A stretch of DNA of 64,000 nt from Octopus sinensis (taxonomy: Eukaryota), in contig NC_042998.1 in assembly GCF_006345805.1 (NCBI RefSeq), forward strand, positions 3,162,001-3,226,000, read 5' to 3'. Of the stretch, positions 52,403-64,000 are shown piece by piece. The notes under the pieces were generated by a model. It did no database searches and was not told where the DNA came from. It saw only the letters and a list, made by a program, of their open reading frames with translations. The first letter of the stretch is position 1; each line of letters opens with the position of its first letter. The translations under genes and the position numbers were made by a program.

Positions 52403-52678
52403 AATCTGAAACGTGTACACTGTGATATTCCACCCTACGATAACGGTAGGAGGTACAGTGCACTTAAAGCTGATGGAGGCTTATTGCAATTTACAAGGTT
52501 ACTCTTTCTGTAGGCAAACACTGTAAGAACCCGTGAAAGAATTATGGATGGTATCATTACCAACAATAATATCAAAAAGTTCACGCCTACACTGACGATA
52601 TTATTATCGTTGGCAAAACTATTGAGAAACCCAATGAGATCTTAATTAAATATCTTTCAGTTACTAAAACAGCATTAT
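52403..52678 (+). mobile_element. Ty3/Gypsy reverse transcriptase remnant
   Basis: NLKRVHCDIPPYDNGRRYSALKADGGLLQFTRLLF* / RIMDGII / AYTDDIIIVGKT (YTDD at 52588-52599), resembling DLKSAYHQIP..YTAF...YQF.RLPF and YLDD motifs. Confidence 0.65.
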
Positions 52679-53094
52679 ACTGAAGAATGACAACTGTTTT
52701 CTCTGCCAAACATTTGTTTCTTATATACGGTTACGTAACCGTAGACTTGTCTGTGGATTATCCAGTCAGTTCTACGTTAATTCAATGAGCAGGTAGTTCA
52801 GTGATGGAACATTTGAGCATTCACCCCCCCCACACACACATTGATTAATCTTAGTGAATGGCAAGGGGCTTTGATCAACCCAGACATGTCATTGTTTACA
52901 CCGTTTAGCTTAAGGAATACATCCTATTCCATTCAATATTTTCTGTCTTCTCCAAAATTTTAGTTTATTAACAATATTGGAGAGATCGCCTTTGTTTGTC
53001 GACAAGATTTTAACGATCCCAAAGAGAAAATGTTGTCTGTTAATTGAGTGGACAGTGTGAGATTTTAAACTCACTCGTGTAGGCATATTAATAC

Positions 53095-53136
<42 letters not shown>

Positions 53137-53518
53137 TACATATATGTATGTATTTATTTATATATATAGATGTATATATGTATGTATATGTATAATATAT
53201 ATATCACTTATACACATTACTATATATATGTATGTATTTATATTATATATATATATATATATATTATTATAATATACACATATACCATAATACACACACC
53301 ACAACATATATAATATATATATATATATATATATCTATATATATATATGTATATATATATTACACATATACACATAATACACACACACACACATATATTA
53401 TATATATGTATTATATATATTATATATATACACATATACCATAATACACACACACATGTATATATATAGATGTATGGTATATATATATATAATAATATAT
53501 ATATATACATATACATAT

Positions 53519-53595
<77 letters not shown>

Positions 53596-53597
53596 CT

Positions 53598-53630
<33 letters not shown>

Positions 53631-53640
53631 CATACACACA

Positions 53641-53684
<44 letters not shown>

Positions 53685-56437
53685 GTATGCTGCAATGAAA
53701 TAAAAACACATTCCAATTTCCATATTTAATAACACAAAGCACATGATGACAGAATGCGCAGAGGGGCATGTCGCCCCTATTTATCTGAAACTAACAAAAA
53801 CAAGGACCTGATTTTTTACTGGAAGAAAGTAGCAACAATAACAAATATACTCTATTAGTTTTGACATTGATATTGTTATTCTCATTATCTCTTGAGGGTT
53901 TTTGTGTAAAAGGTGAAGGAACACCAGCAGCAATATCAACAACAAATTGAAGCTGGATATATAAAAACTGAACATGTTATACAATAATAAATATGTGTGT
54001 TTTCAGAGAGAGAGAGAGAGAGAGAGTTTGGGGAGTGAGAGGGAGGGAGAGAGAGAGAGGAGATGCTTGTAATAACAACTATTGTTTCAAGTCTTTGCCG
54101 AGATAATTCTTTCCTGTCTTGTGTTGTTTAGAGACAATACAGATCTGGTTTAGAAATCAACCTCATTGTTATCATTATCATCCTTGAAGTTACCCTTGAT
54201 ATTGGTGCTGTTTTCATATAGCCCCTAGTAATCAGTCCTGAATTAACAGACTATGAACAAATGCATCCAAACCATGGCCAAAGCTAGGACTATATTATTC
54301 AACGTAAGTTGGATAATGGATACATTTGGCTGAGAAGTCATTGGTTTCATCTTTATCCCCTTTTTTTAGCTTTCCTTGGTCTTCCTCTTCATTGTTGTTG
54401 CAGATACTGCTTATGTTAAAATATTTTTAAAAATGAGAAAAATTTAATGAATTAAAGAGAAGCAAAAACAAAAATATAAAATTATACTGAAGGAAATATT
54501 TGGCCAAATATTCAATATTTGATCAAAACAAGTTTATTTAAGACCACATTATCTAAGACGTTTGATAAAATATGATTAGCGAAATATTGACCACTTCTTT
54601 CTAGATAATAGAGTAACTACGCAGAGGCTTCTTGGTTCGACATGTAAGATATTTTGTTCGCTATGCACAAAAGTGCTATGATTTAGGAGAAGAGATATGA
54701 TCTTTTGCAACCGTCACAACTTTTGCATGGCAAAAACATGGCTAAGTGTCTAAGAAGTGTACTTCGTTAATCAAAAAGTAATAATTTCGATTCCTTGAGC
54801 GAAGCACCCTGGAAAAATATTTTCTGTTATAGTTCTGGGTCGTTTCAAGCCTTTGGTTCAAACTGTATTTACGGAAACTGTGTGGAAGCCCAAAGAACGG
54901 AGTGTACATGTAATTGGAACGTCTAGCCTTGTCACTCGGTGACTCTGTCTGAAGTTAGTGTTAAAAGTACAAGGCGGGAGTATTGAATATTCAATAAGCA
55001 AGTTGCTCTGTTGATTGGATCAAAAGCATTCTACAACTGGTTCTTTATGTAGTTCGGATGGATGAACGTCAAAATAAACTGTGAAGAGATTTGAACTTGC
55101 AACGTGGAAAGACATGAAATATAAACTAAAAAAATTAAATTAGATATTCATCAGTTTCGTTCATTAAAACTTCATCACAGCCTAATGGAGCTAGCTAAAC
55201 GGAAATATGATATTTACAAATAACATAAAGGTAGGCCTAAGACCCATCAGTCGAGAAGCCCCTTGGATTTTGTTTCTTAGACAAATGTCCCATCCATTGA
55301 CAGCTTCCCAGGCCTATCACGACTTCATCATATTACGCATTTTGCGAACTGTGCGGAGTAGAGCAACGTGAAATGAAGCTCAAAAATAATGCATCTCTGG
55401 TCCAGGAATCGAAACCACAATCTTACGATTATGATTCTAGCACCCTAACCACTAAGCCACGCGCCTCGACAAACAAATAGTATAAATAAATAAAATCCCA
55501 GAAAAATAACACGATTGAGTTAAGGCGGCAACAGAATTAACTGAATGATAACCTCGACCCCAGTCAGAGTGCTTCCACTGTGACCCATATCTCTTAGGAT
55601 ATTCGGTATTCTAAGCTAATGGGACAGTGCCTTGGCTCCTGGTAAAACTAAGCTGTACCTAATCATTAGTACAGCTAAGCTAGCTGGAATGAGCTTGTGA
55701 GAACTTGAGTGCCGTAAGGCATACATACAACACAATGTGTCTGGGGGTAACATAATGTAAACCATAGTGTACTTAGCCTGAAATTCTACCCTTTACAGAA
55801 TTCCACCAACTGCAACTGTGACATATTTACGGTGTTATGGGTGTCAAAGTCCCATATTAATACTTCTGTGAAAATTGTAACAAATTATTCAGTGAAATAT
55901 TTCCCTGAAATGCGATAGGCTGGTTTTAAGTAATGACTCCAAAGAAAATAAGGGGTACACTGTTCCGAGTGTTTATTCGAAATTAATAAGATATAGAAGA
56001 ACATTGAATAGTTATTACATAACATAATCGAGAAAACAGAACATACGGGTGAATATGTATTGCGGATGGTCGGTTAGTGGATCAATAGGGCAAATACCTC
56101 ATTGTTTTGCGTTGTAGAAGAGCGTGAACTGATATGGCTGGGTACATTTTCAAAAGTCTGTTCCCAAAGGATGTGGTAAGAAAATCAGCGTCAATCTATT
56201 AGTATTCTTTTATTTGTTCCATCAAAAGGCCTTGAAAGGTTTAGTCAAGCAGACCGAACCCGGTACCTATTTTAATCTCTGGGACGTATTCTGTTGACCT
56301 CTTATTTCGAATTGTTAAGTTACGGAAGCGTAAAGAAACCAACACTATATGTCAAGTGGGTCAGGTTGGATAACACAAAGACACACAAAGACACACCACA
56401 CACACACACACACACACACATACACACACACACAAAC

Positions 56438-56661
56438 TTCTTTATTGCCCACAAGGGGCTAAACATAGAGGGGACAAACAAGGACAGACAAAGGGATTAA
56501 GTCGATTACATCGACCCCAGTGCGTAACTGGTACTTATTTAATCGACCCCGAAAGGATGAAAGGCAAAGTCGACCTCGGCGGAATTTGAACTCAGAGCGT
56601 AGCGGCAGACGAAATACCGCTAAGCATTTCGCACGGCGTGCAAACGATTCTGCCAGCTCGC

Positions 56662-56662
<1 letters not shown>
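56438..56662 (-). mobile_element. SINE family B, young
   Basis: Near-consensus reverse complement of 46243-46475. Confidence 0.9.
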
Positions 56663-56702
<40 letters not shown>

Positions 56703-56782
56703 TTATTATATATATATATATTATATATATATAACATGTACCTGCCTACCTACGTACATACATACATACATACATACAAACA

Positions 56783-56995
56783 AAGCTGAAGATCAGCGAA
56801 AAAGAAAATACCTACGCTGAACTATTGAGGAATCTACAGCTACTCAATCCAGATTACAAGTTCAGGTTTATACCTGTAATTATTGGAGCATTGGGATATG
56901 TAACACACTGCTTAAATACCAATGCGGAGAAATCAGGCTTCTCAATAGCAGAAAAAGGAAAGCTGATTAGAAGATTATAGATCCAAGCCATCAAC
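56783..56995 (+). mobile_element. REL LINE C-terminal fragment
   Basis: KLKISEKENTYAELLRNLQLLNPDYKFRFIPVIIGALGYVTHCLNTN...KLIRRL*IQAI. Confidence 0.8.
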
Positions 56996-57359
56996 ACAAA
57001 ACATACAAATCTGCACATATACATGCATACCTACATACATATATACATACATACAAAAATACCCTGTTGATACTGAAATTCCATTAAAGGAGCCTTGGAT
57101 CTAGGTTAGAAACCGGCTCTTTCTCTATTGAAAAGAAACTTTGAAATAAAACTGAATAATTACATACATACATACATACATACACATATACGGTATATGC
57201 AACTGAGGCAACATTCAATTAAAATAGCCAGCTATGTATCATACTTAATGTACGTACATTGTCAATGCATTTCGGCCCTTTTAGGCTTTTTCAACGGCGT
57301 ATACATGCAGCTACATGCTCAGACGAGAATTCGTTATTTTTTATATAGGTAAACGTTAA

Positions 57360-58186
57360 TAAGACGGTCATTGATATAGCGAATAAAATCTGGGATCAAG
57401 TAGATGTTAATCCATGAATCAAATTTGCATACATGAAGCAGATAATATCATGAAAGTTGGAAAGGAGTTCTTCGGAAAGTAGTTGATAGCTGCTGGCCAA
57501 GGTTACACATAACTCTTCCGCAATATGTTGTCAAATGAAAGGTTGTGACTATAAAATAAGAAAGCGACAGAGTGTCAGAAATATAGAGAACCAAAGAGGC
57601 TATAGAAATTTACCTTTGACCAATATTGACTTAGGTATTAGCACCAATAATATCACCGTCATCAAAAGCAGCTGCCCAAAAGTATCTCCTTGACAACACC
57701 TACCAATGAAGCATTAAATAACAAAAAAACGTAATCCGCCAAACGGATGGAAATATAAAAATCATAATGATGTGGACGTATAGTTAGTCATGCTATGAAA
57801 GAATACTTGTGGAATGCACTTGCCAGAGCCTTAGTAAAATGCAAGCATAACAATCTAGACATAATGATCCGGGACAAATGTGTACTGTTGAGGAATTCAG
57901 TTGCCCAACTAATTTGAACATGATGTTAAAGTTAAGTAAAAGAAGAAGAAAACACCTATAACAAACTAATGAGAAAACTGCGGTTACTACACTCAAACAA
58001 TGTGGCTTAAGATTTATGCATGTAATAATTGGGGTATTTAGATATGTAACCAACTGCATCAGCACCAATCTAGAGAGGCTGGGCTTCCCAGAACCAGAAA
58101 AGGATACACGAATTAAGAAATTATATTTACAAGCCATTAGTGAAACTGTGAAAGTATGTAAAACATTCCAGATGTTTACCACATAA
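57360..58186 (+). mobile_element. Older REL LINE fragment (knuckle-adjacent region + REL domain)
   Basis: SSCPKVS...LPMKH; EYLWNALARALVKCKHNNLDIMIRDK; ...LQAISETVKVCKTFQMFTT* ending at 58186. Confidence 0.7.
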
Positions 58187-59516
58187 GAGCATATACACGC
58201 GTATAGACACATAAAAACATTTACGTATGCATATATTCAAGAAACAAAACATACTACTTGGTTATCCTTACTTGCACGCATACATAGGTGTGCAGAAACA
58301 TACATGAATACATGTTTGCATTTATGACTACCTTGTGAGAAATTTCGGAAAATAACACCAGATCACATATACATACATGAGAGGGCGTCCATACAGTTTT
58401 CTGTCTACCACATTCCGTTCATACGATACTGTCTCCTTGAGGCTCCATGTGGGTTCGATCCTAGACCAAGGTGACTCAATTATACAGCTTTGCTTACCCT
58501 CATAAATCGGCAGTGATGAATAGCGCTTATAACTTGTTACATAGATCCGCAATTTGTCTTTTAGTTCTTGCTTGTATTTTACAATTATAATGTATTGTTT
58601 AGTCGTCTAGATGTGTATGAGTTTACGGAGATCTGTGTAATGAGCTTTAACTGTCTAGTTTTGTTATATGCTATGAGCCTTAATGTGTTGGAATGGTTTC
58701 TTTGTGGCAGGTGTATTTTTAACCATCTAGAAAGTGCGGTAGGTGCATATCCATCATAACTATTGCCCTAATCGGCTTTACAACTCATCTTTGAAAACTT
58801 GGATTTGTAAAATTTCCCAGTTCAAATTACAGACTTGTAGAATTCGATGAGTATAAAACAAAACAAAAGAAATCTAGCTGAAAACAAGTATGCTGTGAAG
58901 CAAACTCATTAACTTAATAACTAACATCATTTTAATCACTTCAGGGGAAGCGCGATGAGGTCGCTAAAGAGGTTTAATGTGAAGGAAACGATTTCGGAGT
59001 TGTCTATCGTATTTCTCCAAACGATTAAAACTTGACTAATACTCTCTGTTTTACTTCCTTACCGCAAAATCTCTCTCATTAGATTTTTGCTGCTTATGTT
59101 TTTAAGTAATTTAGCATGAATTTAACTATTGAATGGGCATGTTTGAGTGATATAATTGTTTTTTACAGGGTTTATCCTTATTATCACTTGAGATGAATTT
59201 TTAATTCTATGTTTGTGAAACTTTAAGACATGCTGTAAGTATTATATGTTGAGCTGTTTAATGAATTTTTGTTTTGATAACACGCTCATTTATTTAGTAA
59301 TTAAGCTATCTTGGGTTCGTTTGATATATTTTGCTTTGCGTACCTTGTTCATAGAGTATTTAGGCTCGTTTTTTATATCAATTTGACTATGCTTTCGTCT
59401 TGTATAATTTGTACAAATGGGCGATATGAACTAACCTTTGTTTTCCCCCATAAATACTTACCTTCTACGTCATATGTTGAGTGCTCTTTTCTTTCAGTTG
59501 TACACTTTTCACTATG

Positions 59517-59547
<31 letters not shown>

Positions 59548-60019
59548 ACATGTATACATATGTGCACGCACACACATACACACATATATGAATGAAGAAA
59601 GCTCTACTGTAAAATAGACAAAAGGAGAAATGTAGATTGCAAAACAAAAATAGGTAGGTGAGACATACTCACAACACACACACACACACACACACACTCA
59701 TGTACATATACACATACATACACATACATAAATGCATGCTTGTATGCATATACATTAACACATGCTATATATATATACACACATATATATATATACATAA
59801 CACATGCTATATATATACATTATATATATATATATACATAATACATATGTATATATATATATATATATTATAATATATATATATACATACATATGTATAT
59901 ATATACATATATATATTTATATACATACATATGTATATATATATATATATACATATGTATGTATATATATATATATACATATGTATGTATATATATATAT
60001 ATAGAATATGTATGTATAT

Positions 60020-60050
<31 letters not shown>

Positions 60051-60189
60051 ATATATTATATATATATATATTATATATATTATAATATATATATATATAC
60101 TTTGATACTTTGATACTTTGATAGGTTTCGGCCATTATTGGCCCAGGCCATGTCTAACTTAATAGCACCACCTGGTGAAGTCTTTCAAG

Positions 60190-63100
60190 TCAGAATTTGG
60201 GCACTATGGCCCACTCAAGTAGAGAGTTATTGTTTACAGAGACATATCCGGGTGTAGGGGTTTATCCGGGATTTCTTGAAGGAATCTGTCCAAAGACTTC
60301 TTGAACCCTATAGGGTCAGTTTCTGTTTTAATGTGTTTTGGTGTAATGTTACAGAGAGCGGGGCCAATTGAGGTGAAATAATTGTGCCGTATTGTTGTTA
60401 TGAGATGAGAGTGCGATTTTTGTTTTGGGCGGATGGCACGGGGCCCAAGCCTTGGATGTACCTTAAAGGTGATGCCAACATCATTTGGGCAATGCTGATG
60501 GAATATTTTCCACATCATGCAGATGATGTAGCGCTCACGACGACGTTGGAGAGAATAGAGTTTTAGCTTTTCTAGTCGACCCAATAGTCGAGGCCTGTCA
60601 TGCCATCTATCTTTTTTGTGATTGCCCTTTGAGGTGCTTCAACTTTTATGATACCTTGTATTGTGCGGGGAGACCACAGTGGACAACAGTATTCAAGGGG
60701 GGTCGGGCAAAAGTGGAGAAGAGAAGGATAATGGTGTGGATATCTCTCGACTGGAAAGTTCTGAGAATCCAGGAACACATTCTGCGGGCCATGTCAACTT
60801 TGGTGTTTATATGAGTGGCCCAGCTTACATTGTTGTCCACAATTACTCCCAAGTCTCTGATGTTGTTGGACGCCGCGAGAGTTTCACCTGAAGGAAGGGA
60901 GTATGGGAGTTTCAGGGCATCCTCTTTTCCAAAGTGGATTAGCTCAAATTTATCCTCGTTCAGCAGCATATTGTTTTTTCTGCCCATTGGATAACAGCCA
61001 GTAGATCTGACTGAAGGCATGTCCGGTCACTCGCCTCATTTATGACCTTCTGTAGCTTGGAGTCATCTGCAAAGATTTTTATGTTGCTGTGCTTGATGAT
61101 GTTATTAATGTCATTAATGTAAATGATGAAAAGAGTGGGCCCAGCACAGTGCCTTGCGGAACGCCACTACTGACTTTGGCTGGGCTTGATTTTACCCCTT
61201 CAACTACAACATGTTGAGATCTGTCTGTCAGGAAACACTTAATCCATTTCAGTAACTTTCCAGAGACACCAATGTTGGATAGTTTTTTCAATAGGATCTT
61301 GTGATCGACCCTGTCGAAGGCCTTACTGAAATCAAGGTAGATGACATCGGTGTTGGAGCCCTCTACCAAAGCTCTCAAAATGTCCTCAAAGTGATGCAGG
61401 AGCTGCGTTAGGCAGTCCCTTCCATTACGGAACCCATGTTGGTTGGAGATCAGCCGTCTGTTGCTTTCCAGAAATTGGGTTATTCGAGATCTCACCACCC
61501 TCTCAAAATACTTGATGATATGAGAGGTGAGTGAGATCGGACGGTAATTCACTGCAAGGGACTTGTTTCCCTTTTTGAAAACTGGGACAACAGACTGGGA
61601 CAGAAGGTTTTTTGGAATATAGCCAGCATCCAGTGAGTTTCTCCACAGATTAGCAAGGGGAGATGCAAGTTGGTGTCGACACACCTTCAGGACACAAGCA
61701 GGGAACCTATCGGGGCCTACTGCTGAATTGTGGTTTATTTCGTTTATCGCCGCTAAGACATCAGGGGCACTAAACGTTATGTCCGATATAGTGTTTGGGG
61801 GTTGACATCACTGATACAGCCCAGATCGGCCATATCAGGATTGCTGAAAACAGAGCAGTATTGTTTCTGCAGTATCTCGGCCATGGATTTGGCATTATCT
61901 TGGAGAGTGCCAGTTTCGTCAATTAGAGGGCCTACAGTGGAGACAGTGACCCTGCGTTTCCTCGCAAATGAAAAGAACACTTTGGGGTTGAGTTGATTTT
62001 TTCAATGGCCCACTTCTCCTCAGCTGATCTTTGGTTATTGATGAGGGTCTTCATGCATTGTTGGAGGTTATATTTTTTGGATTCAAGCAGTGCGATAGCG
62101 TCGTCGAATGTGTGTTGCTGTTGGCAGTACTTTAGTTTGTTAATTTTTTTGTTTGTTCCTTTTATTTTTCTGATAATGGTTTTTCTGTTTTGGGGGATTC
62201 TGCACTTTTTGTTCACAGGTCTTGGTGGGAGTGTTTTTGCACATATGTCTGTGACGGTGTCTACAAAGATCTGCCAAGATGTTTTATGGTTGGTGGAGAT
62301 GTGTGTATGTGTAAAGGACCAGTCAACATTTGATAGCTCGTTCCTGATTGCATCCCAGTTGGCTTTATGGAGATCCATGTTGTCAAATGGGTGGGCTGGA
62401 GGAAGGTCACTAGGATTAGCTTTCGGCTGGTGGAATTTCATGTTACAGAGAACCATGTCATGGTCTGAAAGAAGGGTTTTTTCCACTGTAACGTTATGTA
62501 TAGTGTTAGTGTGGTTACTAAACACTAGGTCCAAAATGTTCTGATGTCTTGTTGGCAAGGACAAGTTGGGACAAGAAAAACTCATTCGTAAAGTCGAAAA
62601 GTGACTCTGCTGCTTCTTTGTCAGCGGTTGAGGCGGGAGTGCTTGGTTTCAAACCGTTTGTAGTCCAGTCAACACAGGGTAGATTGAAGTCTCCCATCAT
62701 GAGTATGTTGCTAGAATGGCACTGTTGAATAAGCACTTAATGCTGTTGAGGCATTCTTTAAAGCACAGTATGGGTGTTTGGGGCGGCCTATAGAGCCCAA
62801 TTACTGTCAGGTCATTGGCTTTGTTGTGCACGGTGACTGATTCACAGTAGCCGTTGGAGAATATACTATTTCCATCTGCCGTAAATGAATCATGCAGGAA
62901 AATGGCAGTTCACCCTTCCTCCTGCCGATACGATCCGCGCGGATGGTTGTGAAATTCTTCACTCTCACTTCGGCTTCCAAGTGGGAGTTGTCAAGGTGGG
63001 TCTCAGTGAGAATGAAGAAAGGGATGTGGTGTGAATGGTTACCAACCCAGTCTTCAATGAATTGGACCTTCCATTTTTGTGCATTGATGGAAGGGCTGAC

Positions 63101-63214
63101 ACCTTGTGCATTGAGTAGGAATGTGGAGGTTAGTGTAGTGGCTGGTTTTGACTGTTGCAGGGGGCTTGGATTTTTTGTGTGTGTTAGTGGCAGCAATGTG
63201 GGGAATTGGTGCAC
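60190..63214 (-). CDS. LINE ORF2 (APE + RT), frameshifted
   Basis: ORFs 62807-63214 (LLNAQG, LTETHL), 61932-62585, 61079-61684 (YLDFSKAFDRVDH, GVPQGTVLGPL); FADD at 61062-61073. Confidence 0.9.
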
Positions 63215-63451
63215 TGGGGTAATAGCATAGGATGGTGTTGAGTGATGGCTAGAATGTTTTGTGTATCTCTTTTGCCATGTTCAACATGGCTAAAAAAGAA
63301 TTTTCCTGCTTAGGGAGCAGTTTTTGGCTGGAGGTGTGGTTGCACTGTTGGATAGGGTTGTAGTTTCCACTTTGTTGTTGTTGTTTTTGTGTCTTCCTGA
63401 AAAGACTGGACCAGCATTACTGCAGCATGGTGTGTTCTATTTTATTGTTAT

Positions 63452-64000
63452 TCAGGTTTGTTGTGGGCTTGAGGCCCCGTTTCTGTTTGTGCGTCGGGTC
63501 CCTGGAAGATGAGTGAAGGGACAGTCACTCAGTAGACATGTTCTCTCACGTTGGGAATACCGGCAGATTTTGGGACTCCGAGTTGTGTGTGTTTTGAATT
63601 TCGATTTACTATTTGGTGGTGTTGATGTTATTGTGGGATGCGTGCTTTGGCATTGGCCGGTAGTGCGTCTAGTGCCGGGTAGATGCGTGAAGATGCAGTC
63701 ACTATTTGTGCAGAGTCTCTGGCGCAGTGAATAGCGGCATATTTGGGGATTTCTTGTTTGTGCCGTGGGGGGCGCATTCTGCTTCCTATGTTTCTTTAAG
63801 TTTTTGTTACTGCAGTAGTAGTATTGAGGTGGTGATGTGGGGGAAGAGGGCAGTGGTTTCTTATTTGGTTTTCTGTTGGTATTTTTGGTGATAGAAGACG
63901 ATGGTGGCAGCGGTGGTGATGATGATGATGATAATTGTGGTGGTTGCTGTGAGAGCGGTGAAAAGATACTGGCATTTAGTGAATCGTCTAGTAAGCTAGA
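63452..64000 (-). CDS. LINE ORF1 segment, 183-codon open frame with two CCCH fingers
   Basis: Hand translation, no internal stop from the window edge: ...PQICRYSLRQRLCTNSDCIFTHLPGTRRT...PKICRYSQRERTCLLSDCPFTHLPGTRRT...*. Confidence 0.8.
   Translation of the reverse strand, partial: SSLLDDSLNASIFSPLSQQPPQLSSSSSPPLPPSSSITKNTNRKPNKKPLPSSPTSPPQYYYCSNKNLKKHRKQNAPPTAQTRNPQICRYSLRQRLCTNSDCIFTHLPGTRRTTGQCQSTHPTITSTPPNSKSKFKTHTTRSPKICRYSQRERTCLLSDCPFTHLPGTRRTNRNGASSPQQT

Larger units (their letters stand above)
60100..64000 (-). mobile_element. CR1-like LINE, copy 2 (5' end beyond the window)
   Basis: Reverse complement of 15478-19366; (TATCAAAG)3 tail at 60100-60123 abutting (TA)n. Confidence 0.95.

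Noticed and set aside
53840-53975. Short protein-like frames on both strands (LQFVVDIAAGVPSP... minus; KEHQQQYQQQ... plus)
   Set aside because: No recognisable homology, weak donor, strand ambiguous.

Overview
Eukaryotic, AT-rich, microsatellite-dense genomic DNA. The SINE families and (TA)n/(CA)n/(TACA)n density look like an octopod (Octopus) genome; this is inference from recall, not a database match. No host protein-coding exon is confidently identified, so the window is probably intronic or intergenic, with a few + strand splice-site candidates. It contains: one tRNA-Arg(ACG) plus a decayed copy; two near-identical, inverted copies of a CR1-like APE+RT LINE (~14860-19366 on +; 60100 to beyond 64000 on -) whose ORF1 region carries a trihelix/Myb-like motif and two tandem CCCH zinc fingers, both copies abutting (TA)n arrays; five C-terminal fragments of REL-endonuclease (R2-superfamily, R4/Dong-like) LINEs; RTE, Gypsy and mariner remnants; Tc1/pogo, hAT and piggyBac MITEs; Helitrons; many tRNA-derived SINEs; and about ten hammerhead-ribozyme-like motifs in Penelope-type terminal-repeat fragments. 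The most unusual structure is a 441-bp whole-length fold-back (51095-51535) with a hammerhead motif in each arm, one per strand. Fold-back (snap-back) inversions recur at several scales. Coordinates were read by hand and repeat ends may be off by a few bases. Nearly all ORFs in the supplied track are microsatellite or repeat translations.
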